Positions 62,409-64,000 of a DNA stretch of 64,000 nt are shown piece after piece. The notes beneath the pieces are model-generated. The model saw nothing but the letters and a program-made list of their open reading frames with translations. It was not told the origin of the DNA and searched no databases. Made by a program: the position numbers and the translations under genes. The DNA comes from Podarcis erhardii. Taxonomy: Eukaryota. Each line of letters begins with the position of its first letter. Positions within the stretch are counted from its first letter, which is position 1. Where the stretch lies: assembly GCA_964252035.1 (NCBI GenBank), contig CAXUOO010000025.1. One strand, 5' to 3'.

Positions 62409-63359
62409 TGATGAATACCAACTTCTTCTCCTGTTGTTGCTGCTGCCACTACAGATAGTACTTTTGAGTGTGCTGCTACAGGCAGGGTTGTGGCTGCAGG
62501 TTTACGTGTTTGGCATTCTCTAGCCCTCTTCCGCAATTTTGGTTGCCGCGTTCTGCTGACTAAATTATTTCTAGAACCTGTACAAAGAACATACCCCCAT
62601 AAATATCTATAAATGTATATACATATGTGTATATGCATATACAACCTATATAAAAAAAGTATGTTTGCAGCTCTTTCGAGGGCTACTTACTACTACCGTA
62701 CATCTCTCCTCACCTTCTCTCTTCTCTCTACGTAGCTACTATCTCTGCCCCACAGCAAGACTAGCAACGACTTTCCTTCTCCCTATTTTTCGTGGCCGCT
62801 TGTGCTGCGGAATTGGTGCTCCTTCCCATGCAATTGCGACCGTCACTACTCGCGCGTCGTGGTCACTTTCCACTAAACTAATTATTTCTTGTGACCAACT
62901 GCTGCTAGTTAGCCGTCAAAAAGGTGTGCGATTTGCACAGCAGCCCCTGCTGCTGTTGCAGCATCGTAGATTATTCGTGAGTGTTAAGGTGTCTCAACGA
63001 TTCACCAGACCATGCTGCAGCAGCAAAGCTGACCAGTACTGCAATATGCCGCTGCTTCTGCCACTGTACATGCTACAACGCTGCTGTCACACACTGTCTT
63101 TTCTTTCTGCTTCCCTTTCTGCGAGATTAGTTGCTCTAGTGGTCAATGCTACATTGTCGAGGAACCCCGTTGCTGGTCTGACTGCATGTATTAGTAATCG
63201 AATCCACTACTGAAGCTGCACCAATAGCTTGGAAAAGCACTATAGCTGCTTGAACGCCCTGCACTCTGCTGCGAGTGCTGCTGCTGCAGAGACGAAAGCG
63301 GGCGCAGCGCTGCTGCGGTGGCGCTGCTCTCTGCTGCTACTGCTGCTGTTGTTATCGTG

Positions 63360-63560
63360 ATGACTTGCCCCGTAGAGCCGTTGCCAGCCCCAGCAGCCTC
63401 TGCTGCTGATGTTGCAGCAACTACTGCTGCTGCAGATGGGGAAGGAGCAAAGCCTCTAGCGCTTGAGCTGCATGCTCCCCTTTCTGCTGTCAAAGTTAAA
63501 GTTGAGGGACTGAAAAAGCTGCGTTACAGCAGTATACAGGAGGAGGTTGAACCACTGAAG
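63360..63560 (+). CDS. SAM50: Probable first exon of a SAM50/Omp85-family protein (start of a POTRA domain); gene continues beyond the window
   Basis: ATG at 63360, an Ala-rich leader, then LHAPLSAVKVKVEGLKKLRYSSIQEEVEPLK, which resembles the POTRA start (VxVxGLxxTxxxxI). Candidate donors follow at about 63561-63566, and a strong acceptor lies at 63980. Only about 30 informative residues are available. Confidence 0.5.
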
Positions 63561-64000
63561 AGTAAAGTTACCGCTGAGCTAAATTTGTATTGCATGCTTC
63601 ACACTCGTGTTCAAAAGTATACCGATGTATTGATATAGATGTATCTCGACCCGGTTGGGAGTATGTGATCTGCGCAAGGTAAAATGTTTGCCATTCATCT
63701 GGAATTTGAACGAGTCATTCATGACTAGCTTCTCAAGCGTGCAACATGCCGCTTCATGCACTCTGCTGTCACTCGCAATAGATTGCGTAGACCCGCTTTT
63801 TTCATCTCAGTGTGTGCGCATACATATATATATATCCATATGCGTTGACAGGTGCTGAGTAGATAGGCCCAGAATGAAAATTAGTAGCAGAGTTGTGTTG
63901 TACCAGAAGATCTGAACGTGTGTGTTTGGATTCTTGCGTATATTGTGCATGCACATACATCTTCATTTTCTTCTATGCAGATACACACCTAATGTACATT

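Noticed and set aside
62665-63213. 182-aa plus-strand ORF upstream of the SAM50-like exon
   Set aside because: It starts at a non-ATG codon, has no recognisable features and stops before the SAM50 frame; probably 5' UTR.

Overview
Eukaryotic, intron-rich genomic DNA, most consistent with a coccidian apicomplexan (Eimeriidae-like). The basis is CAG-type amino-acid homopolymer tracts in CDSs, recurrent TGCATGCA octamers, GT-AG introns and abundant (TA)n microsatellites; the species is not determinable from this window. No prokaryotic-type features, CRISPR array, tRNA, rRNA or recognisable transposon were found. Gene models were spliced by hand and checked for exon phase, left to right: (1) 5' end of an unknown minus-strand gene; (2) choline-transporter-like (CTL/SLC44) membrane protein, +; (3) small 6-exon hypothetical gene, -; (4) a very large single-ORF TEL2/TELO2 homolog, -; (5) RlmE/FtsJ/MRM2-type rRNA methyltransferase, +; (6) GNAT acetyltransferase, -; (7) an S/Q/P-rich unknown gene broken into about 7 overlapping frames, +; (8) a Gly-rich multi-TM protein with weak rhomboid-like motif order, +; (9) a complete STE24 CAAX prenyl protease, -; (10) a probable SAM50 first exon, +. 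The most striking signal is a cluster of single-base frame breaks, nearly all at homopolymer runs, confined to about 31.8-46 kb, which overlaps a microsatellite-poor block, while the flanking genes are intact. Local assembly error is the most likely cause; pseudogenisation or slippage-dependent expression are the alternatives. I found no convincing novel multi-gene system.
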